This document shows positions 1-9,764 of a DNA stretch of 64,000 bases, in pieces. The notes beneath the pieces were generated by a model. That model did no database searches. It was not told the origin of the DNA and saw only the letters and a program-made list of their open reading frames with translations. Numbering within the stretch: position 1 is the first letter of the stretch; the number at the start of each line of letters is the position of its first letter. This stretch comes from Meyerozyma guilliermondii (Eukaryota), in assembly GCA_051546255.1 (NCBI GenBank), contig CP128818.1:186001-250000 (forward strand), read 5' to 3'. The translations under genes and the position numbers were made by a program.

Positions 1-1
1 A

Positions 2-1351
2 GGGTTTCTTATCAGGCGCTACAAAGGACTCGGATCGACTTGGAAAGTGAGATGGTGTCAGGTAGACGGCCCATATTTGGAAATATATGAAGCTCCCGGC
101 GGCACATTTCTTGAGCAATTGCCGCTCTGGCATACCCAAATCGGCCGCCAATCTAGCGATAGTGTTGCTGAAGACAAAGGATACCGTCATGCTTTCCTTA
201 TTTTGGAACAAGAAAAATTCAAAATGAGTTCAACTTCCAAACACTTTTTTTGTGCCGAGTCGGATACAGAACGAGACTCGTGGATTTCAGCATTGATCCA
301 GTATACGGGGTGGTCCGATTCGGCAACTCCCGCTGAGTCTACCGACAGTTTGGTGCGTGGATCTGAGCGGTTTGGAAGCAATGAACGGGTGGAAAATTTG
401 GATGAAAAAGAAAGAGAAAAGGAAACCAAAAAGAGTCGAAAGCGAAGTCTCTTTCCGTTCCGCAAGAATGCAGACGACGACCAAAGTTCGCAAAACCAGA
501 ATCAGAATTCGCAGCCAAATTCGAATTCTCAATTTTCAAGTTCGCAATTTTCAAATTCGCACCAAAATTCAAATTCAAATTCAAATTCGCAGCCATATCA
601 GTCGGCTCAATTGCAGCCCCATTTCTTGTCGCAGCCTTTGCTGCAAGCCTCCTCTGAGCTCCCGCTGTACATTGGAAACATGAAGCTAGACGACAGTCCC
701 GCAAAAACCATTTTTGGTCGCGACGTATTGGAAGCTTACAACTTGTCGCACCATGAATTTCAAGGCCGAAGCATTCCCAGTGTATGTTTCCGGTGTCTCG
801 ATTACCTCGTAAAAACAGGAGCGGTGTACGAAGAAGGCATATTTCGACTTTCGGGCTCGGCATCTCAAATCCGGGGGCTTCGAGAACAGTTCAACACTAA
901 ATTCGACATTGATCTTTGCGCCAATCCGCTGCCTGATATCCACACTGTTGCCGGTCTTTTCAAAACTTATTTAAGAGAACTTCCTCATCCCATTCTTGGA
1001 GCTCAACCGTACTCGGATCTACAACATATTGTCATGAGTAGAGGAGATACTGGGTCCAAACTGTCATTGGCTTACATTTTCCGCGACTACCTTTCAAGTG
1101 AAGGAAACATCTCCAAAGTCAATTACGACTTGTGCTACGTGATCTTCGGGTTTTTGAAGTATGTCATTGAAAACCTGTCAAGAAACAAAATGTCGCTCAG
1201 AAACGTGTGCATCGTTTTCGTGCCAACTCTCAACATCTCCCTCGACATCCTCTCCACTTTGCTCGTGGATTACGACTGCATCTTTGCCGGCGGAGACCCC
1301 GTTCCCGACCACGCCCGCGAGGTGCTCGATATCCACATCCCTAATTTCTAG
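2..1351 (+). CDS. BEM3: PH + RhoGAP domain protein (Bem3-like), 5'-truncated by window edge
   Basis: Frame open from base 2 (GFLIRRYKGLGSTWKVRW, PH start; FFCAESDTERDSWISAL, PH end); RhoGAP arginine finger EEGIFRLSGS, DIHTVAGLFKTYLRELP, NKMSLRNVCIVFVPTL. Confidence 0.85.
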   Translation, partial: GFLIRRYKGLGSTWKVRWCQVDGPYLEIYEAPGGTFLEQLPLWHTQIGRQSSDSVAEDKGYRHAFLILEQEKFKMSSTSKHFFCAESDTERDSWISALIQYTGWSDSATPAESTDSLVRGSERFGSNERVENLDEKEREKETKKSRKRSLFPFRKNADDDQSSQNQNQNSQPNSNSQFSSSQFSNSHQNSNSNSNSQPYQSAQLQPHFLSQPLLQASSELPLYIGNMKLDDSPAKTIFGRDVLEAYNLSHHEFQGRSIPSVCFRCLDYLVKTGAVYEEGIFRLSGSASQIRGLREQFNTKFDIDLCANPLPDIHTVAGLFKTYLRELPHPILGAQPYSDLQHIVMSRGDTGSKLSLAYIFRDYLSSEGNISKVNYDLCYVIFGFLKYVIENLSRNKMSLRNVCIVFVPTLNISLDILSTLLVDYDCIFAGGDPVPDHAREVLDIHIPNF

Positions 1352-1375
1352 CTACAATACATAATACATTTTCGC

Positions 1376-2122
1376 TCACCATTCGTTTTCCCCACTCGCC
1401 TTCTGGAACACATAGTCCCTTCCGCCAATGTTGGCAATGCCCTCCTTGAGCGTCAGCTTCCACTTGTTCTTCACCCGCTGTACCTTGTCGTATAAACAAA
1501 GCATAATCTGCCCTTCCTGATACCCTTCTTCACCTTCAGACTTGTCACTGTCGGAACCATCGTCTAAGTCACTGTTGATGTCCTGCGAATCGTGCGCTGA
1601 ATCGTCGTCATCGTCAAACTCTCCATCGGCCTGACCAACCTGAAACTTTTTCATCAATTGCTTCGCATCGCTGGTTTCAAAAGTAAGTTCAAATTGCCCA
1701 TCGGTCTGGTTCACCCTCGGAAGCATCAACCCAGTACTATCGTCGTACTCATCGTTTCCCAGAACAGTCGGAAGTTGAAGCTGCATACCACTATTATGCC
1801 CTCGGTCTCCGGTCGCAGTAGGATATGACAAAGTTGGTAATTCGAGCCCGCCCGAGCTGTCCAACGCAAGCAGCCCATCGGGTGCTAACACCCCCATCGA
1901 CTCCTGGACCGAAAGATGGCCATGGCCCAAGTTTTCATGGTGAATCTCATCATCCCACGTAAACTTGGCCACCCCGGATTGACTAAGTTTTTCACACCAA
2001 ACACGCCGTAACTCTTGGAGAGTGGACTCATCTATCCCACTGTCCTCGAAGTCCTGCCGCGAATCGCTGATAACCTCCTCGATGATGGTCTCGTACAACT
2101 TCGTCGCTTCGGCGTTGGACAT
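1376..2122 (-). CDS. TOA1: TFIIA large subunit
   Basis: MSNAEATKLYETIIEEVISDSRQDFEDSGIDESTLQEL N-terminus and MLCLYDKVQRVKNKWK...VFQKASGENEW C-terminus; start placed at ATG 2122. Confidence 0.95.
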   Translation of the reverse strand: MSNAEATKLYETIIEEVISDSRQDFEDSGIDESTLQELRRVWCEKLSQSGVAKFTWDDEIHHENLGHGHLSVQESMGVLAPDGLLALDSSGGLELPTLSYPTATGDRGHNSGMQLQLPTVLGNDEYDDSTGLMLPRVNQTDGQFELTFETSDAKQLMKKFQVGQADGEFDDDDDSAHDSQDINSDLDDGSDSDKSEGEEGYQEGQIMLCLYDKVQRVKNKWKLTLKEGIANIGGRDYVFQKASGENEW

Positions 2123-2214
2123 GCTGACAACAACTCCACTGGTGAGCATAACGAAGTTTGGTTCGGCCTTGCTTATGTAATCGCACGTGACCCCGTTTGC
2201 CATGGTTGCAAATT

Positions 2215-4788
2215 CTAGCGCCGGGTGATTTTAGGTGAAAGTCTTCGCCGGCCGCTGTCGTCGAGCAATTCAAGCAACAGATCCTTCTCGGCCACTGCTG
2301 CGTCAAGCTGCTTGCGAAGACTTTCAATGTCGAGTTTTTGCTGGTTATTTTCACCCTGCAATTGATCCAACTTTTTATTGAAACTGGTACGCATCATACC
2401 AACTTTAGTTTCGTGTTTCTTCGAGTATTGCGTGTAAAGCAGTTCGGCAACCTCATCAATTTTCTTTGTTGTTCTTTGACGGTTCAATTCAAGCTGCTGC
2501 TCCATATGTTCACGTAACTGCTGTAGTTCTTGCTGGTGAGCTTCGTCGTTATCCTTTTCAAGTTCGGCGATTTTTTCCTTCAATTGCTTGATTTTCTGAG
2601 TCAATTCGTTCATCTTCTTTGTATCGCCTCCAATAATCTCGTCTTTCTCCTTGTTGGTAGCAACGAGCTGGTTATTTTGGGCCTTTAAATCGGAATTTAC
2701 ACGCTCAAACTCATTGATTTGTTCTTCCAATTCACGTTGAATGCTGACTTTGTGCTCTTCAGAAGCAGCAAGGTTCTTGGAAACAGTAGCAAGCGATTCG
2801 TTCGCACGCACAACAGCAGAATCCATCTCTTGAAGTTGCTGCTTGTACTCGTTTTCAAGCTGTTCCTTTGTGTTCGTGAGCTCTTTAATTTCCTGCTCCT
2901 TGGCACCAAGCAACAGCTCCAACTTTTCCATTTGGGTATGAGCAATCTTCTCGACCCGCTCAAGGTGCTCTTGCTGCTCGGAGTTGATCTGTTGGATTTC
3001 AGCGTTCTCCTTTGTCAATTGTGCAATATTGCTTTTGAGCTGATCATTTTCTTTCTTGTACATTTCAGATTCATCACGAAGGCTGTCTTTGGAAGCGATT
3101 AGTTTCTCCAATTCCATGTTTTTGTCGGTGACAGTTTGAGAAAGCTCACTCATCTTCTCGTCCTTTGCCTCAAGTTCGTGTCTGAGCTCGCTGATCTCTT
3201 GCTCAAGCGCTGTGCGAAGTTGGTGAGATTGTTCCTGCTTTGATACGAGTTTCTCAGTTTCTGCTCTAACTTGAGCCATCTCGGTTTCAAGCTCCAGTAC
3301 TCTTTCCAAAGCCAAAGACTTTTCATGCTCTAGAGAAGCCAGGTGGTTGCGTTCATCGCTCAAACACTGCAGAACAGACAAGAGTTCCAGTTCGGCTTTC
3401 GTGGTCATATCTTGTTGCCTCTTCAACGCCTTGGTGGTGGATAAAAGTTCACGCTCATAGTGCTGCAATTGTACCAAAAGCATCTCTTCATTTTGCGAGA
3501 GTTTTTTGTTACGCAGTTTCAATTCGTGGATCTGTTGGTCATATCTCAAGAATTCGCGGTTGGTGGAGGAAAGTTCTTCTGAGAGGCGCAAGATTTGCTC
3601 TTTCTGGTTGTTGCTTTCCTGCTCCAATTCTTCGAGTTCGTGGTGGTGATTAGTTTGAAGCTTATTGATGTAGTCACGGGAAAAAATCGGTTTAGAATTA
3701 GGTGACAAAAGGAGGTTTATGGTTGGTTCCACTACTCCCCCTTCCTGGAAAGCATGATTCTTGAGAGGCGTGGTGGACTCGTTTGTGTCGGCAACACGGC
3801 CTCGCTGGCTAGTTTCTGGGCTACGGGCCACTGGCTCAGTGAATCTTTCTGGGGTAGTGTAGTCATTCTCAGCATCGAGGCGAATAATTTTGCTGACTTG
3901 GGTCAAATTTTCTGCGTCCAGCGGGGGCAAACGACGAGGAATCATGGTGACATCGTCGCCGGCGTCGATATGGTCGTCATTATCGCTGTCGCTGTCTTCA
4001 ACGACCGAGCTTTGGACTTTTGAATTACTGAAAGATTCCAACGAAGATTGACGGGCGATCTTTTGCGGTGGTTGCGACAGCGACGGCGAAGCATGGCGCT
4101 TAGAGACATTCGAAGCAGGTTCTGAAGGAGAACCGGCCAAAACTGGCGAATCAGTAGCCAAAGCTCTTGGGACAGAAGACGCAATCGGCGATGCTGGCGA
4201 CGCAGCTGCCGTTGAAAACACAGCGTTGGAAACGGGGGATTTTGCTAGCGACTTTTCCAGCGACTTTGCCAGCGTTTCCAAAGACTTTTTCTGGCGTGGC
4301 GACCCGTTAGAATTCGTGTCTTGAGCATGAACTCCAGAAAACTTTTCAGCACGAACATCTCCGGAAAAAGATCCATTTGTGGCTTTTCCAGACTTCCCAG
4401 GCTGACTACCAGGTGTATGATTTACTCCAATTTTAGCATCAAGTGGCAATTTGGCCCTTTTTATAGACTCCACATTCGACCGAGGAACATTATGATGAGG
4501 ATAATTTCTCGGACTTGTGAACGGAATTCGGTCCGCTATCGAGCTACGAAGCTTCTCTGGACCAACAGGAGTCGCCACGTCCCAAGTATTTGACATGATG
4601 GTTGCAGAACCTTCGACAGTTCTCAGAGGGGTGACAAAATCTTGAGTTTTTTTGTTGATATTATGGCTAAGATCTGGAATATTATCCATATCGTTTGGGA
4701 CCGTGTTGTGGTACATCTTTTCCACCGGAATTGGTGATAACAGGTCTCCTTCCATGGAAAAATGCAGTTTTGGTAAAGGAGAAGACAT
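2215..4788 (-). CDS. SLK19: Kinetochore/spindle coiled-coil protein Slk19-like
   Basis: SP/TP-rich N-half, long coiled coil, C-terminal AELLYTQYSKKHETKV motif; adjacent to TOA1 as in S. cerevisiae. Confidence 0.75.
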   Translation of the reverse strand: MSSPLPKLHFSMEGDLLSPIPVEKMYHNTVPNDMDNIPDLSHNINKKTQDFVTPLRTVEGSATIMSNTWDVATPVGPEKLRSSIADRIPFTSPRNYPHHNVPRSNVESIKRAKLPLDAKIGVNHTPGSQPGKSGKATNGSFSGDVRAEKFSGVHAQDTNSNGSPRQKKSLETLAKSLEKSLAKSPVSNAVFSTAAASPASPIASSVPRALATDSPVLAGSPSEPASNVSKRHASPSLSQPPQKIARQSSLESFSNSKVQSSVVEDSDSDNDDHIDAGDDVTMIPRRLPPLDAENLTQVSKIIRLDAENDYTTPERFTEPVARSPETSQRGRVADTNESTTPLKNHAFQEGGVVEPTINLLLSPNSKPIFSRDYINKLQTNHHHELEELEQESNNQKEQILRLSEELSSTNREFLRYDQQIHELKLRNKKLSQNEEMLLVQLQHYERELLSTTKALKRQQDMTTKAELELLSVLQCLSDERNHLASLEHEKSLALERVLELETEMAQVRAETEKLVSKQEQSHQLRTALEQEISELRHELEAKDEKMSELSQTVTDKNMELEKLIASKDSLRDESEMYKKENDQLKSNIAQLTKENAEIQQINSEQQEHLERVEKIAHTQMEKLELLLGAKEQEIKELTNTKEQLENEYKQQLQEMDSAVVRANESLATVSKNLAASEEHKVSIQRELEEQINEFERVNSDLKAQNNQLVATNKEKDEIIGGDTKKMNELTQKIKQLKEKIAELEKDNDEAHQQELQQLREHMEQQLELNRQRTTKKIDEVAELLYTQYSKKHETKVGMMRTSFNKKLDQLQGENNQQKLDIESLRKQLDAAVAEKDLLLELLDDSGRRRLSPKITRR

Positions 4789-4920
4789 GTTTACAGACGC
4801 GTAATTGAAGAGAGAAGTGCAGGAGAAAAGGAGATAGTGTGCAGGACGGCTATTAGAAGTGCAGGAGCACTAGTTGAGACACCAAAACATATATTTAAGC
4901 GAGTGGACAGCATGATGCAA

Positions 4921-5742
4921 CTAAAAGAGGTAGTATGCGCGGGCGTTGAGCGCAGGCGCGGAGTAGGTTCCGTTTGTGGCAACGGTAGAGTTCTGGAATG
5001 GCGCCGCAGAGGGTGCGGCGGTGGTTCCGGCGGCAGCAGCGGCAGCTTTGGTGGTACCGGTGGTTGCAGTTCCGGTGGTGGTGGTGCTGCCTCTGGTGGA
5101 CGTCACCTGCACGTAGCTCGTGATGGTGGTTGTCAAGTCGCCATTGGTGAACGCCGCAGTGATAGGGTACGACGTGGTGAATGTGGTTGCTGCAGGTTGT
5201 GCAGTTACAGTGACAGTTACGGTCAGTGCAACACATCCGGTCTCGACGTCGGTCTCAACCGGTTCAACTTCGGTGGTACCGTCTTTGGTGATGGTGGTAA
5301 ATTTCGTCACGGTGGACGTGGTGGTAAGTTCCACAGTTGAATCACTTGCAGTGGCCGCTGCTTTTCCCCCGGTGGTAAGGGTGACAGTTTCAGTAGCGGT
5401 GGGAACCGTCACTGGCACGCCCCCGGAAGTCAATGTCTGGTACCGGGTGATTGTGGAAGTGATGGTGGAACTAGTTTGCGACGTTTCCGCTACCGAGGGC
5501 GTATGACCAGCTGCAAGCGCCTGGGCCACGTCGGATGCAGTAGTTTCTGACGCAGGAATCGTTTTTGTTGTTCCTGGTAAAACTACCGTTACATACTCGT
5601 TGACGGTAATTGTAGTATCAGGGCCACTGGTTGGAAGCACCGAAGCAGAATAACCGGTGGAAACATCGGTACTATTGTCATATCTTTTATATGGAACTGC
5701 CGCAACAGCAGCCACAAGGCCAATAAAAGCAAATTGTTTCAT
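4921..5742 (-). CDS. Secreted Ser/Thr-rich cell-wall-type glycoprotein
   Basis: Signal peptide MKQFAFIGLVAAVAA, KR (Kex2-type) site, Thr/Val-rich body, NxT sequons; no obvious GPI tail. Confidence 0.75.
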   Translation of the reverse strand: MKQFAFIGLVAAVAAVPYKRYDNSTDVSTGYSASVLPTSGPDTTITVNEYVTVVLPGTTKTIPASETTASDVAQALAAGHTPSVAETSQTSSTITSTITRYQTLTSGGVPVTVPTATETVTLTTGGKAAATASDSTVELTTTSTVTKFTTITKDGTTEVEPVETDVETGCVALTVTVTVTAQPAATTFTTSYPITAAFTNGDLTTTITSYVQVTSTRGSTTTTGTATTGTTKAAAAAAGTTAAPSAAPFQNSTVATNGTYSAPALNARAYYLF

Positions 5743-5929
5743 AGAAGTTCAAAGGAGTGGACGCGACTAGATACGCAGTTTTTAACAAAATTGTTATGGT
5801 GGATCCGTTGCATCTTATATAAAGCCCCCTTGGTCGCGTGTTTCACAGCGCCATGTTTGTTGGTAAATACCGCGACGCGTAAGTTGGCCTGCACACCCCG
5901 CATTAGGGTCCGATGAGACAGGTAGAGGC

Positions 5930-6050
5930 AGCTCGGCTGCCGGCTACCGTATGAGATGGTTGGCCGGTAAGAGATGGACCGGTATGATCTGCTGGCTACC
6001 GGTAGGAGATGGTTGACCGGTACTTGGTCGACCGGTGGTTGCCCGGTGGC
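5930..6050. repeat. Degenerate array of CCGGT-containing units upstream of the cell-wall gene
   Basis: ggttggccggta, gatggaccggta, ggctaccggta, ggttgaccggta, ggtcgaccggtg, gttgcccggtg at roughly 13-20 bp spacing. Confidence 0.6.
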
Positions 6051-6360
6051 AGTAACAGGGGATCCGTGCCAAGGACCTGCGTCTAAAAATAATCGCGGTA
6101 GCAATGCAGGAATGTTGGAATCAGCAATGCACCTGACGTAACGGCCCCTTCGCGTCCAGTACACCACTGCGCCGCCATTTAAAACTGAGACGCATCAACT
6201 TAGACTTTGCAGCTCCGTTATCACCGTTCCATTACACCGTTACACCGTACCACGGTGATACATTACCGTGGCAGTTCCGTTTCGTTCCGCTACACTGGCT
6301 TCGTGGTTCCTGCACCGTAGTTTGCACCCATTCGCACATTTCTTCTTTGTTATATTTTAC

Positions 6361-7077
6361 ATGCCACCCTACAAGGCGCTATTTCTTGGCGCCTGCGCTG
6401 TAGGCTACTTTGCTACCAACTACAACACTTCCTATACCACTGACATTCCCTCTGATTTCACCAAAACAAAATCCATGAAAATAGTCAATCCTAATTTTAA
6501 ACGCTTCACATCCGAAATCTTTTCGTATGAATTTGACACCAAAAAATCAAATGAACAAGTGTTGGCTAGCTTTACAAAAGGGTTTTTCAGCGGCCCATCA
6601 ATGTTCTTGGAAAGATTGATTCTATGTACTTTTTTGAAAGGAAAGGGCCAAATAACCGCGTTCACAAGTTTGAACGATATTGATTTTTCTGCTAAAAAAC
6701 CACTTTTTATTGCACCTTTTGCAATTTTCCCTGAAGATAAATCAAGGAAAATAATATGGAACTCAAACGAAATTCCCACCAACAACTTATTGCAGAAAGG
6801 AACGTTGGTCTATGGAACATTTAATCTCATTGGTTGCGAAAAAGATTCCAATTCTTGGTCAGCAGATTTCGCATTCGGATCGGATGTTAACCAATTTTCC
6901 GGATTCCATAGATTCAAAGTGATAAGAACGGCACGTGACCGCATGCGCGTGACCTTCCAAGGAACTATCTGCAATCCCGTTGAAGACGCCGACCCCCCAA
7001 TCCAGATTTTGAGACTAATACACTACTTTTACGCCAAGTCGTTGTTCAATGATGCTATACGACAAATGAAAAGTTAG
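6361..7077 (+). CDS. Hypothetical fungal protein (238 aa)
   Basis: Clean ORF from ATG 6361; motifs VLASFTKGFFSG, DFAFGSD...FSGFHRF, CNP, HYFYAKSLF recall an uncharacterised filamentous-fungal family. Confidence 0.7.
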   Translation: MPPYKALFLGACAVGYFATNYNTSYTTDIPSDFTKTKSMKIVNPNFKRFTSEIFSYEFDTKKSNEQVLASFTKGFFSGPSMFLERLILCTFLKGKGQITAFTSLNDIDFSAKKPLFIAPFAIFPEDKSRKIIWNSNEIPTNNLLQKGTLVYGTFNLIGCEKDSNSWSADFAFGSDVNQFSGFHRFKVIRTARDRMRVTFQGTICNPVEDADPPIQILRLIHYFYAKSLFNDAIRQMKS

Positions 7078-7638
7078 AGAACAACCAGATCTAAAAATAA
7101 CGCACAGAAACGTGCAAATACGATATGAAAAATTCAGATCATGAATACGAAGAACGAAATTATGGACTGATGAATTATGAATAACGGCGAATACGAAGAT
7201 GGAATTACGAAATGCCGTATGATATCTGGCTCTGCAGTCATTTCAGGTATCTGCTGCATCCATTTGCATGCCCCAGCCCCTAATCTAACCCAATTAGGCG
7301 CCCATAGCCAATTCCAATAAAGGATGCATATAACATGCAGATACCGCATGATGGTATGCAGATTATTGCGCACGATGCCCCACCCATGCGCATGGCGCCG
7401 CACTTGACCATCATCCAATTCACACCAAATTCAAACAGACCCCAAACCAACAGCAAAGCGACAAGATAACACAACTCATAGTCGCGTCGCACATCATGCA
7501 CCGCTCCTATTCCACTAGCTTATCAAAATTTGGAATTCTTATCGGACCTACCTGCCTTTCTCGTACTTTATGTGCAGGCTCCATCCAACCACCATATCTC
7601 CACCTACTTTATTCCACTTCGAACTACAGCTCCTCAAC

Positions 7639-9354
7639 ATGGTGCAACTTCCCGAAGATGAGGATTCTCCTCAAGTCAATTCTACTATGGAGAAACAGAC
7701 ATTGATCAAGCGAGCATCAATAGCGCTTGGTGCCATAGTAGCTATCTTTTTGCTTTTCAATTGGCGGCCCATTTGGTTTTTGTTGGCTCCCACTTCCGAT
7801 AACGTTTGTCCGCTTTACGAGACTTTAGTTCCAGCTTCGTTCTTTGAAGACAATTCCACAGTGTTGGCAATCTTAAACGATGCTCAATTCCGCGTTAGCT
7901 CTGCTAGAAAGCTTTCCAATGCCGTAAAAGTCGACACTCAAATTGGCGACAACCAGCCGGGAGTAGATGAGGCTCCTGAAATGTGGACTCAATTCAAGAA
8001 ATTCCATAAGTATTTGAACACTACTTTTGCCACCGTGATGAACACCGCCAAGGTTTCTTATGTCAACACTTATGGCGTGGTCATTCATTGGGAAGGTTCC
8101 GACAAGTCGCTCAAACCGGTGCTTTTGACGGCGCACCAAGATACCGTTCCGATTCAATCGGACACTTTGGACAAATGGACTCACCCACCGCTTTCGGGAC
8201 ATTACGATGGTGAGTATGTGTGGGGCCGTGGAGCCTCCGACTGCAAAAATGTGTTGGTAGCCATTTTGGAGTCGATGGAAATTTTGATAGGGCGTGGGTT
8301 CGAGCCTCGGAGATCGGTGGTTGTCGCTCTTGGATTCGACGAGGAGGCTTCTGGTACTCATGGTGCTGCTCATATTGGTCCTTATTTGGAAAAGGAGTTT
8401 GGATACGATGGTTTCCATGTTCTTATTGACGAAGGTCCAGGTTTGACCAAAGACATAATTAGTGGACAAATGGTTGCAATTGCCGGAACCGGCGAAAAAG
8501 GATACATGGATGTGTCCATTGAGCTCACGACACCCGGTGGACATTCTTCTGTTCCGCCCGACCATACTTCGATTGGAATTTTATCGGAGGTTGCTTTTGA
8601 GTTGGAGAAGCACCCATATTCTCCGCTTCTCACCAGCCAAAATCCCATGATGGGCTACTTGCAGTGTGTGGCTCGCCACGGTGACCTTCCGCGGCTCAAG
8701 AAAAAGGCCATGTTGCGGGCGGGATTCGACAAATATGCCAACAAAAAGGTGGTTCAACTGATGGTCAAGAACCCCATGTCGAGGTACTTGATTCAAACCT
8801 CGCAGGCTCTCGATGTCATTGTTGGAGGAGAAAAGGCAAACGCTTTGCCGGAGCATGCTAAGCTTGTGGTTAACCATCGTGTAAGTGTGGAAACCTCGCT
8901 CGATACCATCATGGACAATATTGAGTCGCAAGTGGCTAAAATCGCTGAAAAATTCAATTTGGGTCTCACGGTACAAGGTGAAAGTATTCTTCCCGCAACA
9001 GAAAAAGGATTGTTCCAAGTGGGCTACCAATCTCCTCCTACCAAAACGGCACCGGTATCACCATCTAACGACACAGTTTGGAGCGAAATTGCCGGTGTCA
9101 CCAGACATGTTTTTGAACAACTTGTTTACCCCAATCTTACCCATCCGTTGGTATTGGTTCCTGGAATGATGCCGGCCAACACCGACACCCGGCACTACTG
9201 GAACCTCACGAAAAACATCTACCGGTACACTCCTTACTACAGTGAAAATTTGGTCAAGGATAACCGCATCCACCTGGTAGATGAAAGAATGCTGATCGAC
9301 AACCATCTACAGCTCACGGCGTTCTTCTACGAGTATATTCAAGCAGTGAACTAA
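7639..9354 (+). CDS. CPS1: Vacuolar Gly-Xaa carboxypeptidase (peptidase M20)
   Basis: N-terminal TM anchor; LLTAHQDTVP, WGRGASDCK, GFDEE, GGHSSVPP, NTDTRHYW, IH(S)VDE motifs. Confidence 0.93.
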   Translation: MVQLPEDEDSPQVNSTMEKQTLIKRASIALGAIVAIFLLFNWRPIWFLLAPTSDNVCPLYETLVPASFFEDNSTVLAILNDAQFRVSSARKLSNAVKVDTQIGDNQPGVDEAPEMWTQFKKFHKYLNTTFATVMNTAKVSYVNTYGVVIHWEGSDKSLKPVLLTAHQDTVPIQSDTLDKWTHPPLSGHYDGEYVWGRGASDCKNVLVAILESMEILIGRGFEPRRSVVVALGFDEEASGTHGAAHIGPYLEKEFGYDGFHVLIDEGPGLTKDIISGQMVAIAGTGEKGYMDVSIELTTPGGHSSVPPDHTSIGILSEVAFELEKHPYSPLLTSQNPMMGYLQCVARHGDLPRLKKKAMLRAGFDKYANKKVVQLMVKNPMSRYLIQTSQALDVIVGGEKANALPEHAKLVVNHRVSVETSLDTIMDNIESQVAKIAEKFNLGLTVQGESILPATEKGLFQVGYQSPPTKTAPVSPSNDTVWSEIAGVTRHVFEQLVYPNLTHPLVLVPGMMPANTDTRHYWNLTKNIYRYTPYYSENLVKDNRIHLVDERMLIDNHLQLTAFFYEYIQAVN

Positions 9355-9365
9355 TTTACAATAGC

Positions 9366-9584
9366 TTATACAATTTCCTTCTTCTCCAATGGATTGTAGC
9401 GTAAAAACTTTTCGATCAAATCGACATGAGTCAAAACCATTCTTCTACAACAATAACGACGCAACTTTAATTTGTCCAAAGCGTCACCCTCAGTCATCGT
9501 GTCGTCCTGCAAGTACTCGAGGTAAGTTTCCCACTTGTCTCCCACGACCTTGCCGCAGGAAAAGCACCGGATGGGAATGATCAT
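9366..9584 (-). CDS. RPB10: RNA polymerase I/II/III subunit Rpb10
   Basis: [18 protein letters not shown]...[24 protein letters not shown]. Confidence 0.98.
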   Translation of the reverse strand: MIIPIRCFSCGKVVGDKWETYLEYLQDDTMTEGDALDKLKLRRYCCRRMVLTHVDLIEKFLRYNPLEKKEIV

Positions 9585-9764
9585 GGTGATGAGAAGAGAG
9601 AATGAAAACGATATAAGTGCACGCCGGTACACCAAGCCCGCGAAACAAGCCCGAAAACCACTAGTTCGCACAAAACCACTGAGCTCTCACACCAGGTCTG
9701 CTCGCTTCGCTCGCACACCCGGACACCGCACCGCACTTCTGCGATGAGCAAAATCTCTCCAACT

